Shown here piece after piece: positions 16,502 through 26,855 of a stretch of DNA of 44,032 nucleotides. The stretch is from Paraconexibacter sp. (GTDB taxonomy: Bacteria; Actinomycetota; Thermoleophilia; Solirubrobacterales; Solirubrobacteraceae): assembly GCF_041602235.1 (NCBI RefSeq), contig NZ_JBFIGP010000001.1, positions 1 through 44,032 on the forward strand, read 5' to 3'. The translations under genes and the position numbers were made by a program. The notes under the pieces are model-generated. The model had not been told where the DNA came from. It saw nothing but the letters and a program-made list of their open reading frames with translations, and made no database searches. Each line of letters opens with the position of its first letter. The stretch's first letter is position 1.

Positions 16502-17143
16502 ATGCCGTCCGCGCGCACCCGGATCGTGATCGCCGAGGATCACCCGCTGTTCCGCGAGGCGTTGAGCGCGACGATCCGCGAGCGGCCCGACTTCGAGCTC
16601 GTGGGTGAGGCGGCGACCGGACGGGCGGCGCTCGACCGCATCCGCGAGCTCGCTCCCGACGTGGTGGTGCTCGATCTCAAGCTGCCGGACCTCGACGGCC
16701 TGCAGGTGCTCGCCGCGCTGCGACGCGCGCAGTCGCCGGTCAGGGTCGTCCTGCTGAGCGCGTTCCTCGACGGCGCCATCGCCTACGAGGCGGTCGCGGC
16801 GGGCGCCGAGGCGTACCTCTCCAAGGACGCCGACCGCGAGCGGGTCTGCGACACGATCGCGGCCGTGGCCCGCGGGGAGACCGTGCTCGCTCCCGAGATC
16901 CAGGCTGGGATCGCGCAGGAGATCCGCACCCGCGGCGCGGTCAGCCGCACGGCGCTCTCGCCGCGCGAGCAGGAGGTCCTCGCGCTCGTGGCGGAGGGCC
17001 ACAGCGCCCCGGACATCGGGAAGCGGCTCTACCTCTCCCCCGCCACCGTCAAAGGACACCTGCAGAGCCTCTACGAGAAGCTCGGGGTCTCCGACCGGGC
17101 CGCAGCGGTGGCCGAGGCGATGCGGCGCGGCCTGCTCGAATGA
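16502..17143 (+). CDS. NarL/LuxR family response regulator
   Basis: Receiver IAEDHP...VLDLKLPDLDG...YLSK; LuxR HTH LSPREQEVL...TVKGHLQSLYEKLGV. Confidence 0.96.
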   Translation: MPSARTRIVIAEDHPLFREALSATIRERPDFELVGEAATGRAALDRIRELAPDVVVLDLKLPDLDGLQVLAALRRAQSPVRVVLLSAFLDGAIAYEAVAAGAEAYLSKDADRERVCDTIAAVARGETVLAPEIQAGIAQEIRTRGAVSRTALSPREQEVLALVAEGHSAPDIGKRLYLSPATVKGHLQSLYEKLGVSDRAAAVAEAMRRGLLE

Positions 17144-18300
17144 CCCTGACGGCCCTGCTCGACCACCCGACGCGGGTGATCGCACTGGTCCGGCTGGCCG
17201 CGCTCCCGGTGTTCCTCGCGGGCGAGCGGCTCATCGAGCACCCGGACGCCCGCAGCGGGGCGTTCCGGGTGATCCTCGTCCTCGCGGTGGTCTACGCGGT
17301 CCTCGCGGCCGCCGCGGCGTTCTCGGCGCCACGGCGACGACCTCCGGGTCGCGTCACCGCGAGCGTCGACCTGCTGCTCCTGGGGCTGCTGACGTACACC
17401 TCCGGCGGGCCGTTCTCCCAGTTGCGCTACGGGTTCTTCATGGTGCCGGTCGCGGCCGCCTTCCTGCAGGGTCCCCGCGGGACGGCCATCGCCTCGGCGG
17501 CGGCCCTGAGCTGCTACCTCGTGGCGACCACCACCTACCCCGATGCGCGCTCCGACGCGATCGAGGTCGAGATCACCCAGACCGTGTACTTCGCCTGGCT
17601 CGCGCTGGCCTCCATGCTCCTGAGCGCTGTCCTGGCACGCCGGCAGGAGCAGATCCTGGCGCTCTCCGACGAGCGGGGGCAACTCGTCGCCCGGGCCCTG
17701 GAGGCCGAGGAGCGCGAGCGCCGGCGCCTGGCGGAATCCCTGCACGACGACGCCATCCAGAACCTGCTGGCCGCCCGGCAGGCGCTCGGAGGGGCCGACG
17801 GTGGCGCGGAGCCCGACCTGGCGCTCGTGCGGACGGGACTCGACCGCACCGTGTCCCAGCTCCGCGACGCGATCTTCGACCTGCACCCGCAACTGCTGCG
17901 CCACGCGGGCCTGACCGCAGCACTGCAGGCCGTCGCCGAGCGGTTCGGCACGCAGGCCCCCGAGGTCGCCTGGGAGATCGCGGTCGACGACGACGCGGCG
18001 GCGTCGCGGGACGAGACGGTCTTCGCGATCACCCGTGAGCTCATGACCAACGCGGTGCGGCACGCCGACCCCACGACGATCGGGGTGAGCATCTTCCCGC
18101 GGGACGACGGCGTGGTCATCCGCGTGCACGACGACGGCGTCGGCATCGACCCGGACAGGGCCCGCGACGCGACCGTGCAGGGCCACATCGGGCTGGCGTC
18201 CTGCGCCGAGCGCGCGGAGGCGCTCGGCGGACGACTGGAGGTCGCCAGCGCCGCCGGCGCGGGCACGCGCGTCGACGTGTGGCTGCCCGCTCCGGACTGA
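17140..18300 (+). CDS. Membrane sensor histidine kinase (HisKA_3 type)
   Basis: Multiple TM helices; H-box ERRRLAESLHDDAIQ, N-box ELMTNAVRHA, DDGVG and GHIGL. Confidence 0.95.
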   Translation: MTLTALLDHPTRVIALVRLAALPVFLAGERLIEHPDARSGAFRVILVLAVVYAVLAAAAAFSAPRRRPPGRVTASVDLLLLGLLTYTSGGPFSQLRYGFFMVPVAAAFLQGPRGTAIASAAALSCYLVATTTYPDARSDAIEVEITQTVYFAWLALASMLLSAVLARRQEQILALSDERGQLVARALEAEERERRRLAESLHDDAIQNLLAARQALGGADGGAEPDLALVRTGLDRTVSQLRDAIFDLHPQLLRHAGLTAALQAVAERFGTQAPEVAWEIAVDDDAAASRDETVFAITRELMTNAVRHADPTTIGVSIFPRDDGVVIRVHDDGVGIDPDRARDATVQGHIGLASCAERAEALGGRLEVASAAGAGTRVDVWLPAPD

Positions 18301-18304
18301 GGCG

Positions 18305-19891
18305 CTAGCCGTTCTTCGCGGACCCGAGGCCCGGGCCCGCGTGCAACGGCGGCTCGGCGCCGCTGTCGCCCTGGACCTCACCGGCGTCCGCCTGATCGTG
18401 CTGTCCCGCGTAGGGCTCGTCGCTCGGATGCCCCGCGTCGATGCCCAGGCCGTGCAGGTACCGGTCCGCCATGCGCGCGGCCTGGCGGCCCTCGTTGATC
18501 GCCCAGACGATCAGCGACTGCCCGCGACGAGCATCGCCCGCGACGAAGATGCCCTGCTCGGACGTCTCGTAGGTCGGGGCCTTCACGTTGCCACGCGGGT
18601 CCTTCGCCAGGCCGAGGGCGTCGACGACCTCGGGCTCGGGGTGCAGGAAGCCCATGGCCAGCAGGACCAGGTCCGCCTTGAGCTCGCGCTCGGTACCCGG
18701 GACGGGACCGAACGGCGGCGCGGGCTGCGCGTCGGCGATCCGCAGGGCGGCGACCTTGCCGTCCTCACCGGTGAACTCGGTCGTGACGACCGAGAAGTCC
18801 TGCTCGCCCTTGTCGACCGCCTGGGCCTCCTCCATCGCGTAGGAGAGCCGGAACTTCTGCGGCCACAGCGGCCACGGCGTGCGGTCGTCCGGGCGCTTGA
18901 CCGGGGGCTCCGGCAGCAGCTCGAGCTGCGTGACCGACAGGGCGCCTTCCCGGAGCGAGTTGCCGACGCAGTCCGCGCCGGTGTCCCCGCCGCCGATCAC
19001 GACGACGTGCTTGCCCTTCGCGGTGATCGCCGCCGGCTCGGGAGCCTGGGCGCGCGGCGCGGGCTGGTCCGGCTGCGTCGCGGCGACCCAGCGGTTGCGG
19101 ACGTAGAGGTAGTCCATCGCGGAGTGGATGCCGTCCAGCTCGCGACCGGGCACCGGGAGATCGCGAGGGACCCGGGAGCCGATCGTCAGGACGACCGCGT
19201 CGTGGTCCGCGCGCAGCTGCTCGACCGACACGTCCTTGCCGACCTCGACGCCACAGCGGAGATCCACGCCCTCGGCGAGGAGCTGCTCGACGCGACGCTC
19301 GATGACGGACTTCTCGATCTTGAAGTCCGGCACGCCGAACCGCATGAGCCCACCGGGCGACTCGTCGCGCTCGAACAGGGTGACGGTGTGACCCGCGCGT
19401 CGGAGCTGCTGCGCGGCCGCCAACCCGGCGGGCCCGGCACCGACGACGGCGACGGTGCGTCCGGTCTCGACCTCGGGCGGCTCCGGCACGACCCAGCCGT
19501 TGTCCCAGGCCGTGTTGATGATCGTGTTCTCGACCTGCTTGATCGTGACCGCGTCACCCTCACGGATCTCGAGCACGCAGGCGGCCTCGCACGGCGCCGG
19601 ACACAGCCGTCCGGTGAACTCGGGGAAGTTGTTGGTCGCGTGCAGCTGGCGGATGGCGTCCTGCATCCGCCCGCGGTAGACGAGGTCGTTCCAGTCCGGA
19701 ATCAGGTTCCCGAGCGGACAGCCGTTGTGGCAGAACGGCACGCCGCACTCCATGCAGCGCGCGCCCTGCTGCGCGACCTCCTCGACGGGCCGGGGGGTCA
19801 GGAACTCCTTGTAGTCCCCGAGCCGCTGGGCAGGATCGTCGTAGCTGACGTTCGAGCGCTCGATCTTGAGGAAGGCTCCGAGCTCACCCAT
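18305..19891 (-). CDS. gltD: Glutamate synthase small (beta) subunit
   Basis: RCMECGVPFCHNGCPLGNLIP, NNFPEFTGRLCPAPCE, GAGPAG, GGGDTGADC and GDARRGQSLIVWAINEGR. Confidence 0.98.
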   Translation of the reverse strand: MGELGAFLKIERSNVSYDDPAQRLGDYKEFLTPRPVEEVAQQGARCMECGVPFCHNGCPLGNLIPDWNDLVYRGRMQDAIRQLHATNNFPEFTGRLCPAPCEAACVLEIREGDAVTIKQVENTIINTAWDNGWVVPEPPEVETGRTVAVVGAGPAGLAAAQQLRRAGHTVTLFERDESPGGLMRFGVPDFKIEKSVIERRVEQLLAEGVDLRCGVEVGKDVSVEQLRADHDAVVLTIGSRVPRDLPVPGRELDGIHSAMDYLYVRNRWVAATQPDQPAPRAQAPEPAAITAKGKHVVVIGGGDTGADCVGNSLREGALSVTQLELLPEPPVKRPDDRTPWPLWPQKFRLSYAMEEAQAVDKGEQDFSVVTTEFTGEDGKVAALRIADAQPAPPFGPVPGTERELKADLVLLAMGFLHPEPEVVDALGLAKDPRGNVKAPTYETSEQGIFVAGDARRGQSLIVWAINEGRQAARMADRYLHGLGIDAGHPSDEPYAGQHDQADAGEVQGDSGAEPPLHAGPGLGSAKNG

Positions 19892-19893
19892 GG

Positions 19894-22800
19894 CTACTCC
19901 CCCTCCCCGGCGCGGAGGTCCGGTGAGCCGATGACCTCGGCCGCCTCGGCGTCGAACTCGTCGGCGTCGGGCGACGCATTGGCATCCTCCTGCTCGGCGA
20001 GCTCGGCGAGCACGCGCTTGTAGTCCGTCGGGAAGACCTTCACGAACTTCTGCGACAGCGTCGCCCAGTCGTTCAGGATCCGCTCCGCGACGGTCGATCC
20101 CGTGCGCTGCATGTGCTCCTCGACGAGCTCACGCACCTCGATGAGGTCGGCCTCGTCGAGCGCCTCGATCTGATCGACCATCGACGGGTTGATCCGGTGC
20201 CTGAACCCGCCGAACTCGTCGAAGACGAACGCGAGGCCGCCCGACATGCCGGCGGCGAAGTTCCGGCCCGTGGGGCCCAGCACGACGGCCCGACCACCGG
20301 TCATGTACTCGCAGCCGTGATCGCCGACGCCCTCGACGACGGCGGACGCGCCGGAGTTGCGCACGCAGAAGCGCTCGCCGGCGAGCCCACGGAAGAACGC
20401 CTTGCCCGCGGTCGCCCCGTAGAGGACCGTGTTGCCGACGATCACGTTGTCCTTCGGGTCGAACGTCACCCCGTGGACGGGGCGGACGGCGAGGGTGCCA
20501 CCGCTGAGGCCCTTGCCGGTGTAGTCGTTGGCGTCCCCGTGCAGCGTGAACACGACGCCGGGCGCGAGCCAGCCGCCGAAGCTCTGCCCCGCGGAGCCCG
20601 TGAAGTCGACGCAGATGCTCCCGTCCGGGAGCCCCTGGGCGCCGTGGGTCTCCGCGACCTTCGAGGACAGCATGCCGCCGACGCAGCGGTTGACGTTGCG
20701 CACGTCGACCGCGATCTGGACCGCCTCACCGCGCTCGATGGCGGGAGCCGCCTGCGCGATGAGCTCATGGTCCAGAGCGTCGTCGAGCACCGACGGCGGA
20801 GCCTCGATCCGGCGCAGGGGCGCGCCCTCGGGCATCTGCGGGCGATGCAGGATGTGCGTCAGGTCGACGCCCCGTGCCTTCCAGTGCTCGATCGCGTCGT
20901 CGGCGACGAGCAGGTCGCTGCGGCCGATCATCTCCTCGAACGTCCGCACGCCCAGCGACGCCATGATCTCCCGCAGCTCCTCGGCGACGAAGAAGAAGAA
21001 GTTCACGACGTGCTCCGGCTGGCCCTCGAAGCGCTTGCGCAGCTCCGGGTCCTGCGTGGCGATGCCCACCGGGCAGGTGTTGAGGTGGCAGGCGCGCATC
21101 ATGATGCAGCCCGTGGCGATCAGCGGAGCGGTCGAGAAGCCCATCTCGTCCGCACCGAGCAGCGCGGCGATCGCGACATCGCGACCGGTCTTGAGCTGCC
21201 CGTCCGTCTGGACGGTGATCCGGCTGCGCAGGTCGTTGAGCAGCAGCGTCTGCTGGGTCTCGGCGAGGCCGATCTCCCACGGGACGCCGGCGGACACGAT
21301 CGAGCTCAGGGGCGATGCGCCGGTGCCGCCGTCGTGACCCGCGATGACGACGTGGTCGGCGTTCGCCTTGGCCACGCCGGCAGCGACCGTGCCGACCCCG
21401 ACCTCGGACACGAGCTTCACGCTCACCGAGGCCTTCGGGTTGGCGCAACGCAGGTCGTAGATGAGCTGCTTGAGGTCCTCGATCGAGTAGATGTCGTGGT
21501 GCGGCGGCGGGGAGATCAGTCCGACCCCCGGAGTCGTGTGCCGCACCGAGCCGATGTACTTGTCGACCTTGTGGCCGGGCAGCTGCCCGCCCTCGCCGGG
21601 CTTGGCGCCCTGGGCCATCTTGATCTGGAGCTGATCGGCGTTGACCAGGTAGTGGGCGGTGACACCGAAGCGGCCTGAGGCGACCTGCTTGATCGCCGAG
21701 CGGCGCAGGTCGCCGTTCTCGTCGCGGTTGAAGCGGCGCGGGTCCTCGCCGCCCTCACCGGTGTTCGACTTGCCGCCGAGGCGGTTCATGGCGATCGCCA
21801 GCGTCTCGTGCGACTCCGTGGAGATCGACCCGAGCGACATCGCGCCGGTCGCGAAGCGCTTCACGATCTCCACCGCAGGCTCGACCTCGTCCAGTGGCAC
21901 CGGCTCGACGTCGGAGCGGAACGTCAGCAGGCCGCGCAGCGTGGCCTTGCGGGTCGCGTCGTCGTTGACCGCCTCCGCGTACTCCTGGTACTTCTCGCGG
22001 GCGTCCTTCTCGTCGCCCGTGCGGACGGCGTGCTGCAGCAACGCGATGGTCTGCGGGTTCCACATGTGGTGCTCGCCGTCGCGGCGCCACGCGTAGACGC
22101 CACCCACGGGAAGCAGCTCGTCGTCGTCCGACGTGCCGTCCCAGCGGTACCCGCGGTCGTGACGGTCCAGGGCCTCCTGCGCGAGCACGTCGAGGCCGAC
22201 GCCGCCGATGCGCGACGCGGTCCCGGTGAAGTGGCGCTCCACCAGCTGCTTCTCGAGCCCGACGGCCTCGAAGATCTGCGCGCCGCAGTACGACTGGATG
22301 GTCGAGATGCCCATCTTCGAGATCGTCTTGAGCAGCCCCTTGCCGATCGCCTTGACGACCTGCTTCTCGGCCTCCTCGACGCTCTCGGTGCCGAGCTTGC
22401 CCTCGTCCTGCAGCTCGGCGAGCGACTCGAACATGAGGTAGGGGTTGATCGCACTCGCACCGAAGCCGATCAGGGTCGCGAAGTGGTGGACCTCGCGCGG
22501 CTCGCCGGACTCGACGACGAGACCGGCCCGCAGACGCGTGCCCTCCCGCACCAGGTGGTGATGGACGGCCGCGGTGGCCAGCAGCGCCGGGATCGCGGCC
22601 CGGTCGCGACCGAGGTTGCGGTCGGTCAGGATGATGACGTTGTAGCCGGCCTCGATGAGGTCGTGCGCCTCGTCGCAGGCGTTCGTCAGGCGGGCCTGCA
22701 TCCCCTCGGGGCCCTCTGCGATCGGCCACGTGATGTCGATCGTGCCCGAGCGGAAGGCCGGATGCTCGATCTGCTTGAGCGTCTCGAGCTCGTGGTTGCG

Positions 22801-24489
22801 CAGGATCGGCTGGTCCATCGCGAGCTGCCGGGCGTGCGCCGGAGCCTCGGTGAGCAGGTTGCCCTCGGCGCCGACCCCGGTCCCCAGGGACATGACGATC
22901 GCCTCGCGGATCGGGTCGATCGGCGGGTTCGTGACCTGCGCGAACAGCTGCTTGAAGTACGAGTACAGGGGCGGGCGCTGATCGGAGAGCACGGCCAGCG
23001 CGTTGTCGTTGCCCATCGATCCGATCGGCTCCTCGCCCTTCGCCGCCATCGGCGAGAGCAGCACGCGGAGATCCTCCTGGCTGAAGCCGAACGCGAGCTG
23101 ACGGGCGCGCAGCGGCTCCGTGCGCTCGACGGCCGGCTCCTTCACCGGGAGGTCGTCGAAGTGCACGATGTTGTCCTGGAACCACTGCGCGTAGGGACGC
23201 TGCGTGGCGACCTCCTTCTTGACCTCCTCGTCGGCCACGATGCGGCCGCGCTCGAGGTCGACGAGGAAGAGCTTGCCCGGCTGCAGGCGGCCCAGGCGCT
23301 TCACGTCCTGCGGGGCGATGTCGAGCATGCCCGTCTCGGACCCGAGGATCACGTGCCCGTCGGTGGTCTCGACCCAGCGTCCCGGCCGCAGTCCGTTGCG
23401 GTCGAGCGTCGCCCCGACGACCCGCCCGTCGGTGAAGGCCACGGCCGCGGGCCCGTCCCACGGCTCCATGAAGCAGGAGTGGAACGCGTAGAAGCCCTTG
23501 AGGTCCTCGGGCAGGTCGTCCCGGTCGGCGTAGGCCTCCGGGATCATCATCATCGCGGCGTGGGGCAGCGACCGCCCCGCGAGCATCAGCAGCTCGAGGA
23601 CGTTGTCGAACGTCGCCGAGTCCGAGCCGCCGAGCCGCACGATCGGCAGCACCTTCTGGAGGTCGCCGCCGAACAGCTCGCTGGCGAGCTGCGACTCGCG
23701 GGCGCGCATCCAGTTGATGTTGCCCATCAGCGTGTTGATCTCACCGTTGTGGGCGATCACGCGGAACGGGTGGGCCAGCTCCCAGGACGGGAAGGTGTTG
23801 GTGGAGAACCGCGAGTGGACCAGCGCGAGCGCGCTCTTGAAGCGCTCGTCCTGCAGGTCCGGGAAGAACTTGCGGACCTGGTCGGAGATCAGCATCCCCT
23901 TGTACACGCAGGTGCGCGAGGAGAACGACGGGGCGTAGAAGTCCGGCCCCGCGGCGATCTCGACGATCCGGCGGATCACGTACAGCTTGCGCTCGAACGC
24001 CATCTGGTCGTGGGTGAACCCGGGTCCGGCCGCGACGAACAGCTGCGCGATGTGCGGACGCGACTGGTTGGCGGTCGTGCCGACGAAGTCCTCGTCGATC
24101 GGGACCTCGCGCCAGCCGAGGACGATCTGGCCCTCGACGCGCACGTTCAGCTCCAGCAGGCCCTCGACCTTGGCCCGCAGGCCCTCGTCCCGGGGCAGGA
24201 AGCAGGTGGCGACCCCGTACTGGCCGAGATCGGGGAGCTCGAACTCGCAGACCCCGCGGAAGAACGCGTCGGGCATCTGCACGAGGATCCCGGCGCCGTC
24301 GCCGGTCTTGGCGTCGGCGCCCGCGGCGCCGCGGTGCTCGAGGTTCTCGAGGGCCGTCAGCGCGCGGTCGACGACCTCGTGGGTCGGCGTGTTGTCCAGG
24401 CGGGCGACCATCGCGACGCCGCAGGCGTCGTGCTCGTTCGCAGGGTCGTACAGGCCTTGGGCCGCTGGGCGCTTGTGGTGCATCGTCAT
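19894..24489 (-). CDS. gltB: Glutamate synthase large (alpha) subunit
   Basis: HDACGV (N-terminal Cys after processing), [42 protein letters not shown] and GXGXG domain. Start trimmed to MTMHH. Confidence 0.98.
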   Translation of the reverse strand: MTMHHKRPAAQGLYDPANEHDACGVAMVARLDNTPTHEVVDRALTALENLEHRGAAGADAKTGDGAGILVQMPDAFFRGVCEFELPDLGQYGVATCFLPRDEGLRAKVEGLLELNVRVEGQIVLGWREVPIDEDFVGTTANQSRPHIAQLFVAAGPGFTHDQMAFERKLYVIRRIVEIAAGPDFYAPSFSSRTCVYKGMLISDQVRKFFPDLQDERFKSALALVHSRFSTNTFPSWELAHPFRVIAHNGEINTLMGNINWMRARESQLASELFGGDLQKVLPIVRLGGSDSATFDNVLELLMLAGRSLPHAAMMMIPEAYADRDDLPEDLKGFYAFHSCFMEPWDGPAAVAFTDGRVVGATLDRNGLRPGRWVETTDGHVILGSETGMLDIAPQDVKRLGRLQPGKLFLVDLERGRIVADEEVKKEVATQRPYAQWFQDNIVHFDDLPVKEPAVERTEPLRARQLAFGFSQEDLRVLLSPMAAKGEEPIGSMGNDNALAVLSDQRPPLYSYFKQLFAQVTNPPIDPIREAIVMSLGTGVGAEGNLLTEAPAHARQLAMDQPILRNHELETLKQIEHPAFRSGTIDITWPIAEGPEGMQARLTNACDEAHDLIEAGYNVIILTDRNLGRDRAAIPALLATAAVHHHLVREGTRLRAGLVVESGEPREVHHFATLIGFGASAINPYLMFESLAELQDEGKLGTESVEEAEKQVVKAIGKGLLKTISKMGISTIQSYCGAQIFEAVGLEKQLVERHFTGTASRIGGVGLDVLAQEALDRHDRGYRWDGTSDDDELLPVGGVYAWRRDGEHHMWNPQTIALLQHAVRTGDEKDAREKYQEYAEAVNDDATRKATLRGLLTFRSDVEPVPLDEVEPAVEIVKRFATGAMSLGSISTESHETLAIAMNRLGGKSNTGEGGEDPRRFNRDENGDLRRSAIKQVASGRFGVTAHYLVNADQLQIKMAQGAKPGEGGQLPGHKVDKYIGSVRHTTPGVGLISPPPHHDIYSIEDLKQLIYDLRCANPKASVSVKLVSEVGVGTVAAGVAKANADHVVIAGHDGGTGASPLSSIVSAGVPWEIGLAETQQTLLLNDLRSRITVQTDGQLKTGRDVAIAALLGADEMGFSTAPLIATGCIMMRACHLNTCPVGIATQDPELRKRFEGQPEHVVNFFFFVAEELREIMASLGVRTFEEMIGRSDLLVADDAIEHWKARGVDLTHILHRPQMPEGAPLRRIEAPPSVLDDALDHELIAQAAPAIERGEAVQIAVDVRNVNRCVGGMLSSKVAETHGAQGLPDGSICVDFTGSAGQSFGGWLAPGVVFTLHGDANDYTGKGLSGGTLAVRPVHGVTFDPKDNVIVGNTVLYGATAGKAFFRGLAGERFCVRNSGASAVVEGVGDHGCEYMTGGRAVVLGPTGRNFAAGMSGGLAFVFDEFGGFRHRINPSMVDQIEALDEADLIEVRELVEEHMQRTGSTVAERILNDWATLSQKFVKVFPTDYKRVLAELAEQEDANASPDADEFDAEAAEVIGSPDLRAGEGE

Positions 24490-24645
24490 GAAAGGCTCCC
24501 GGAAGGACGCGGGGGTGCCCGGAGGCGGAGCCGCGAAGGGTAGCAATCAAGGGCCGATAAACCGCCGCTCAGAAGCGTCCGGCATGGGGGCCGCGACGGA
24601 CGGTCGCCACCGGCGCGTCCGGGCGGGATCCGGCGAAGTCCCTGC

Positions 24646-25599
24646 TCAGGCGGACTTCTTCGCCGCTGCCTTGCGCGCGGCGGGCTTCTTGGTGCGCGAC
24701 TTGGAACCGGCAGGGGCCTTGGCCGGTCCGCGGGAGCCGCCCGGGGTCTTCCCGGGCGCCGCCTTGCTCGTCTTCGCGCGTTCGGGGGCCGACCTGGACG
24801 GCGTCCCGTCCCCGCGCACGGCGTCCAGGGACGCCTTGAGCGCGGCCATGAGGTCCGGCACCTCCTCGGTCGGCTCCTCGGACGCGGGTGCGACCGAGAT
24901 CTCCTCACCCGAGGCCTTCGCCTCGATGAGCGAGAGGACCTCCTCGCGGTAGCTGTCCTTGTAGCGACCGGGCTCCCAATCCGCCTCGAGCGACCCGATG
25001 AGCTGCTTGGCGACGTCGAGCTCGCGTTTCGTGGTGCTGATCTCCTCGGCGGCCGGGACCTCCTCGAGCCCGTCGGCGTCGACGATCTCGTCCGCGAAGA
25101 CCATGGTCGAGCACCCGAGGACCTCGCCGCCGGCCATCGGTCGGATCGCCACCAGCGCCTCCTTGGTACGCAGCACCACACGGGCGATAGCGACCTTCCC
25201 CGTGTCGTTCATGGCGTCGAGCAGCAGCCGGTAGGGCTTCGCCCCGCCCGTCGCCGGGGCGAGGTAGTAGGGCGTGTCGAAGTGGACCGGGTCGATCTCC
25301 GCGAGATCGACGAAGTCCTCGATCTCGATCGTGCGCGTCTTCTTGGGCTGGATCGCCTCGAGCTCGGCGGGCTCGATCACGACGTAGCGGTCGGGCGAGA
25401 TCTCGTACCCCTTGACGATGCGGTCGTAGGGGACCTCCTCGCCCGTGCTGTCGTTGACGCGCTTCTGCTTGATGCGCGCGTTGTCGGCGCCGTCGAGCTG
25501 GTTGAAGCGGACCGACTTCGGGCGGACGGCCGGGTACATCTTCACGGGGACGGTGACCAGGCCGAAGCTGATCGCGCCGCTCCAGATCGCGCGGGGCAT
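24646..25599 (-). CDS. ku: Non-homologous end-joining protein Ku
   Basis: MPRAIWSGAISFGLVTVPVK, IVKGYE, PYYLAP, YKDSYRE and DLMAALKASL, plus a basic C-terminal tail. Confidence 0.97.
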   Translation of the reverse strand: MPRAIWSGAISFGLVTVPVKMYPAVRPKSVRFNQLDGADNARIKQKRVNDSTGEEVPYDRIVKGYEISPDRYVVIEPAELEAIQPKKTRTIEIEDFVDLAEIDPVHFDTPYYLAPATGGAKPYRLLLDAMNDTGKVAIARVVLRTKEALVAIRPMAGGEVLGCSTMVFADEIVDADGLEEVPAAEEISTTKRELDVAKQLIGSLEADWEPGRYKDSYREEVLSLIEAKASGEEISVAPASEEPTEEVPDLMAALKASLDAVRGDGTPSRSAPERAKTSKAAPGKTPGGSRGPAKAPAGSKSRTKKPAARKAAAKKSA

Positions 25600-25609
25600 C
25601 GTCCGAGGT

Positions 25610-25637
25610 CTACCCGGAAAGCGCCCCGACGACAACC
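25610..25637 (-). promoter_or_regulatory. SigB/SigF-type promoter for ku
   Basis: Minus strand GGTTG-N17-GGGTAG, 10 nt before the ku ATG; resembles the GGWWT-N16/17-GGGTAY stress-sigma consensus. Confidence 0.6.
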
Positions 25638-25683
25638 TCCGCAAGTGCCGATGCGCGATTTCCTGCCCGCGGCCCCCGCCGCA

Positions 25684-25710
25684 GGTTCGGATGCCCGTCG
25701 TGGCGGGTAC
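25684..25710 (+). promoter_or_regulatory. SigB/SigF-type promoter for the ferritin-like gene
   Basis: GGTTC-N16-GGGTAC, followed by the GGAGGG SD before ATG 25754. Confidence 0.6.
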
Positions 25711-25753
25711 TCGAACGGTGTAGCGCTGAACTCGACCTGGAGGGACCCCAACC

Positions 25754-26263
25754 ATGGCCACCCGAAACGCATCGCACGGCATCCTGTCCGAGGACCAGAG
25801 CGAGGCCCGTGAGCGCATCGTCGAGATGCTGACCCGGGCCTACTGGATGGAGATCGAGACCGTGATGAGCTACATCGCGAACTCGGTGAACCCCGACGGG
25901 ATCCGCGCGCAGGAGATCATCGAGAGCCTCAACGCCGACATCCAGGAGGAGCTCGGCCACGCGCAGCAGTTCGCGAACCGCATCAAGGAGCTCTACGGCG
26001 TCGTGCCCGGCTCGCTGGAGTTCAAGGCCGAGCAGACCTACCTCCAGCCTCCGGAGACCCAGACCGACATCACCCACGTGATCAAGGGCGTCATCGAGGC
26101 CGAGACCGGCGCGATCGAGTTCTACAACGAGATCATCCAGGAGGCGTCCGAGGTCGACCCGGTGACCGAGGACATGGTCATCGCCATCCTCCGTGACGAG
26201 GAGGGGCACCGGCGGCTGTTCGAGGGCTTCCTCCGCGAGTTCGAGGCCGACGGACTGGCCTAG
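25754..26263 (+). CDS. Ferritin-like di-iron protein (bacterioferritin/Dps-like)
   Basis: Four-helix-bundle ligands E (WMEIE), EELGH, E (EAETGAI) and DEEGH. Confidence 0.9.
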   Translation: MATRNASHGILSEDQSEARERIVEMLTRAYWMEIETVMSYIANSVNPDGIRAQEIIESLNADIQEELGHAQQFANRIKELYGVVPGSLEFKAEQTYLQPPETQTDITHVIKGVIEAETGAIEFYNEIIQEASEVDPVTEDMVIAILRDEEGHRRLFEGFLREFEADGLA

Positions 26264-26787
26264 GGCCGGCGGCCCGGCGGATCCCCTCCCCCGCCGGGCC
26301 CGCCACCCCCACCGACCGTCTCCCGGCGCAGCAGCGCGACGCCGAACCACAGCGCGACGAACAGCCCGGCGCTGGCAGCAGTGAGCACCCACGGGGCGGG
26401 GCCGTCCAGGACGAGGCTGGCCACGACGAAGACCGCGCTGTTCATCGACAGCAGGAGCATCGACAGCGCCCCGATCAGCAGGCGGTTGCCGATCCTCACG
26501 GTGAACGCCTTGTCGCGGTGCCGGAAGCGCAGACGGTGGACCGCCGTGGGCGTGATGAACAGCGCCGTCGCCGCCGCCGCCGACAGCAGCGCGACGATGT
26601 ACATGCCGCGTTCGAGATCCGACAGCGACGTGAACCGCTGCTGGAACGGGACGGCGAGCAGGAAGCCGAACAGCACCTGCACCCCAGGCATCGCCACGCG
26701 GGTCTCCTCGAGCAACTCGCCGAGCCTTCGCGTGTCGCGCTCGTGGACCGTCTCGTCCGGCGCCGTGTCCCCCGGGGCGGTGTCCAT
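26260..26787 (-). CDS. DUF6328 family membrane protein
   Basis: ELLEETRVAMPGVQVLFGFLLAVPFQQRF signature followed by hydrophobic helices. Confidence 0.88.
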   Translation of the reverse strand: MDTAPGDTAPDETVHERDTRRLGELLEETRVAMPGVQVLFGFLLAVPFQQRFTSLSDLERGMYIVALLSAAAATALFITPTAVHRLRFRHRDKAFTVRIGNRLLIGALSMLLLSMNSAVFVVASLVLDGPAPWVLTAASAGLFVALWFGVALLRRETVGGGGGPGGGGDPPGRRP

Positions 26788-26855
26788 GCACCGCGGGTAC
26801 CCGGACGATCGTCCAGCGATGCACGTTCCGGGGGCACACTGGGTACGTTCGACGT

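Noticed and set aside
20113-24543. Long plus-strand ORFs (521 and 911 aa) opposite gltB
   Set aside because: Antisense shadows of a strongly biased housekeeping gene.
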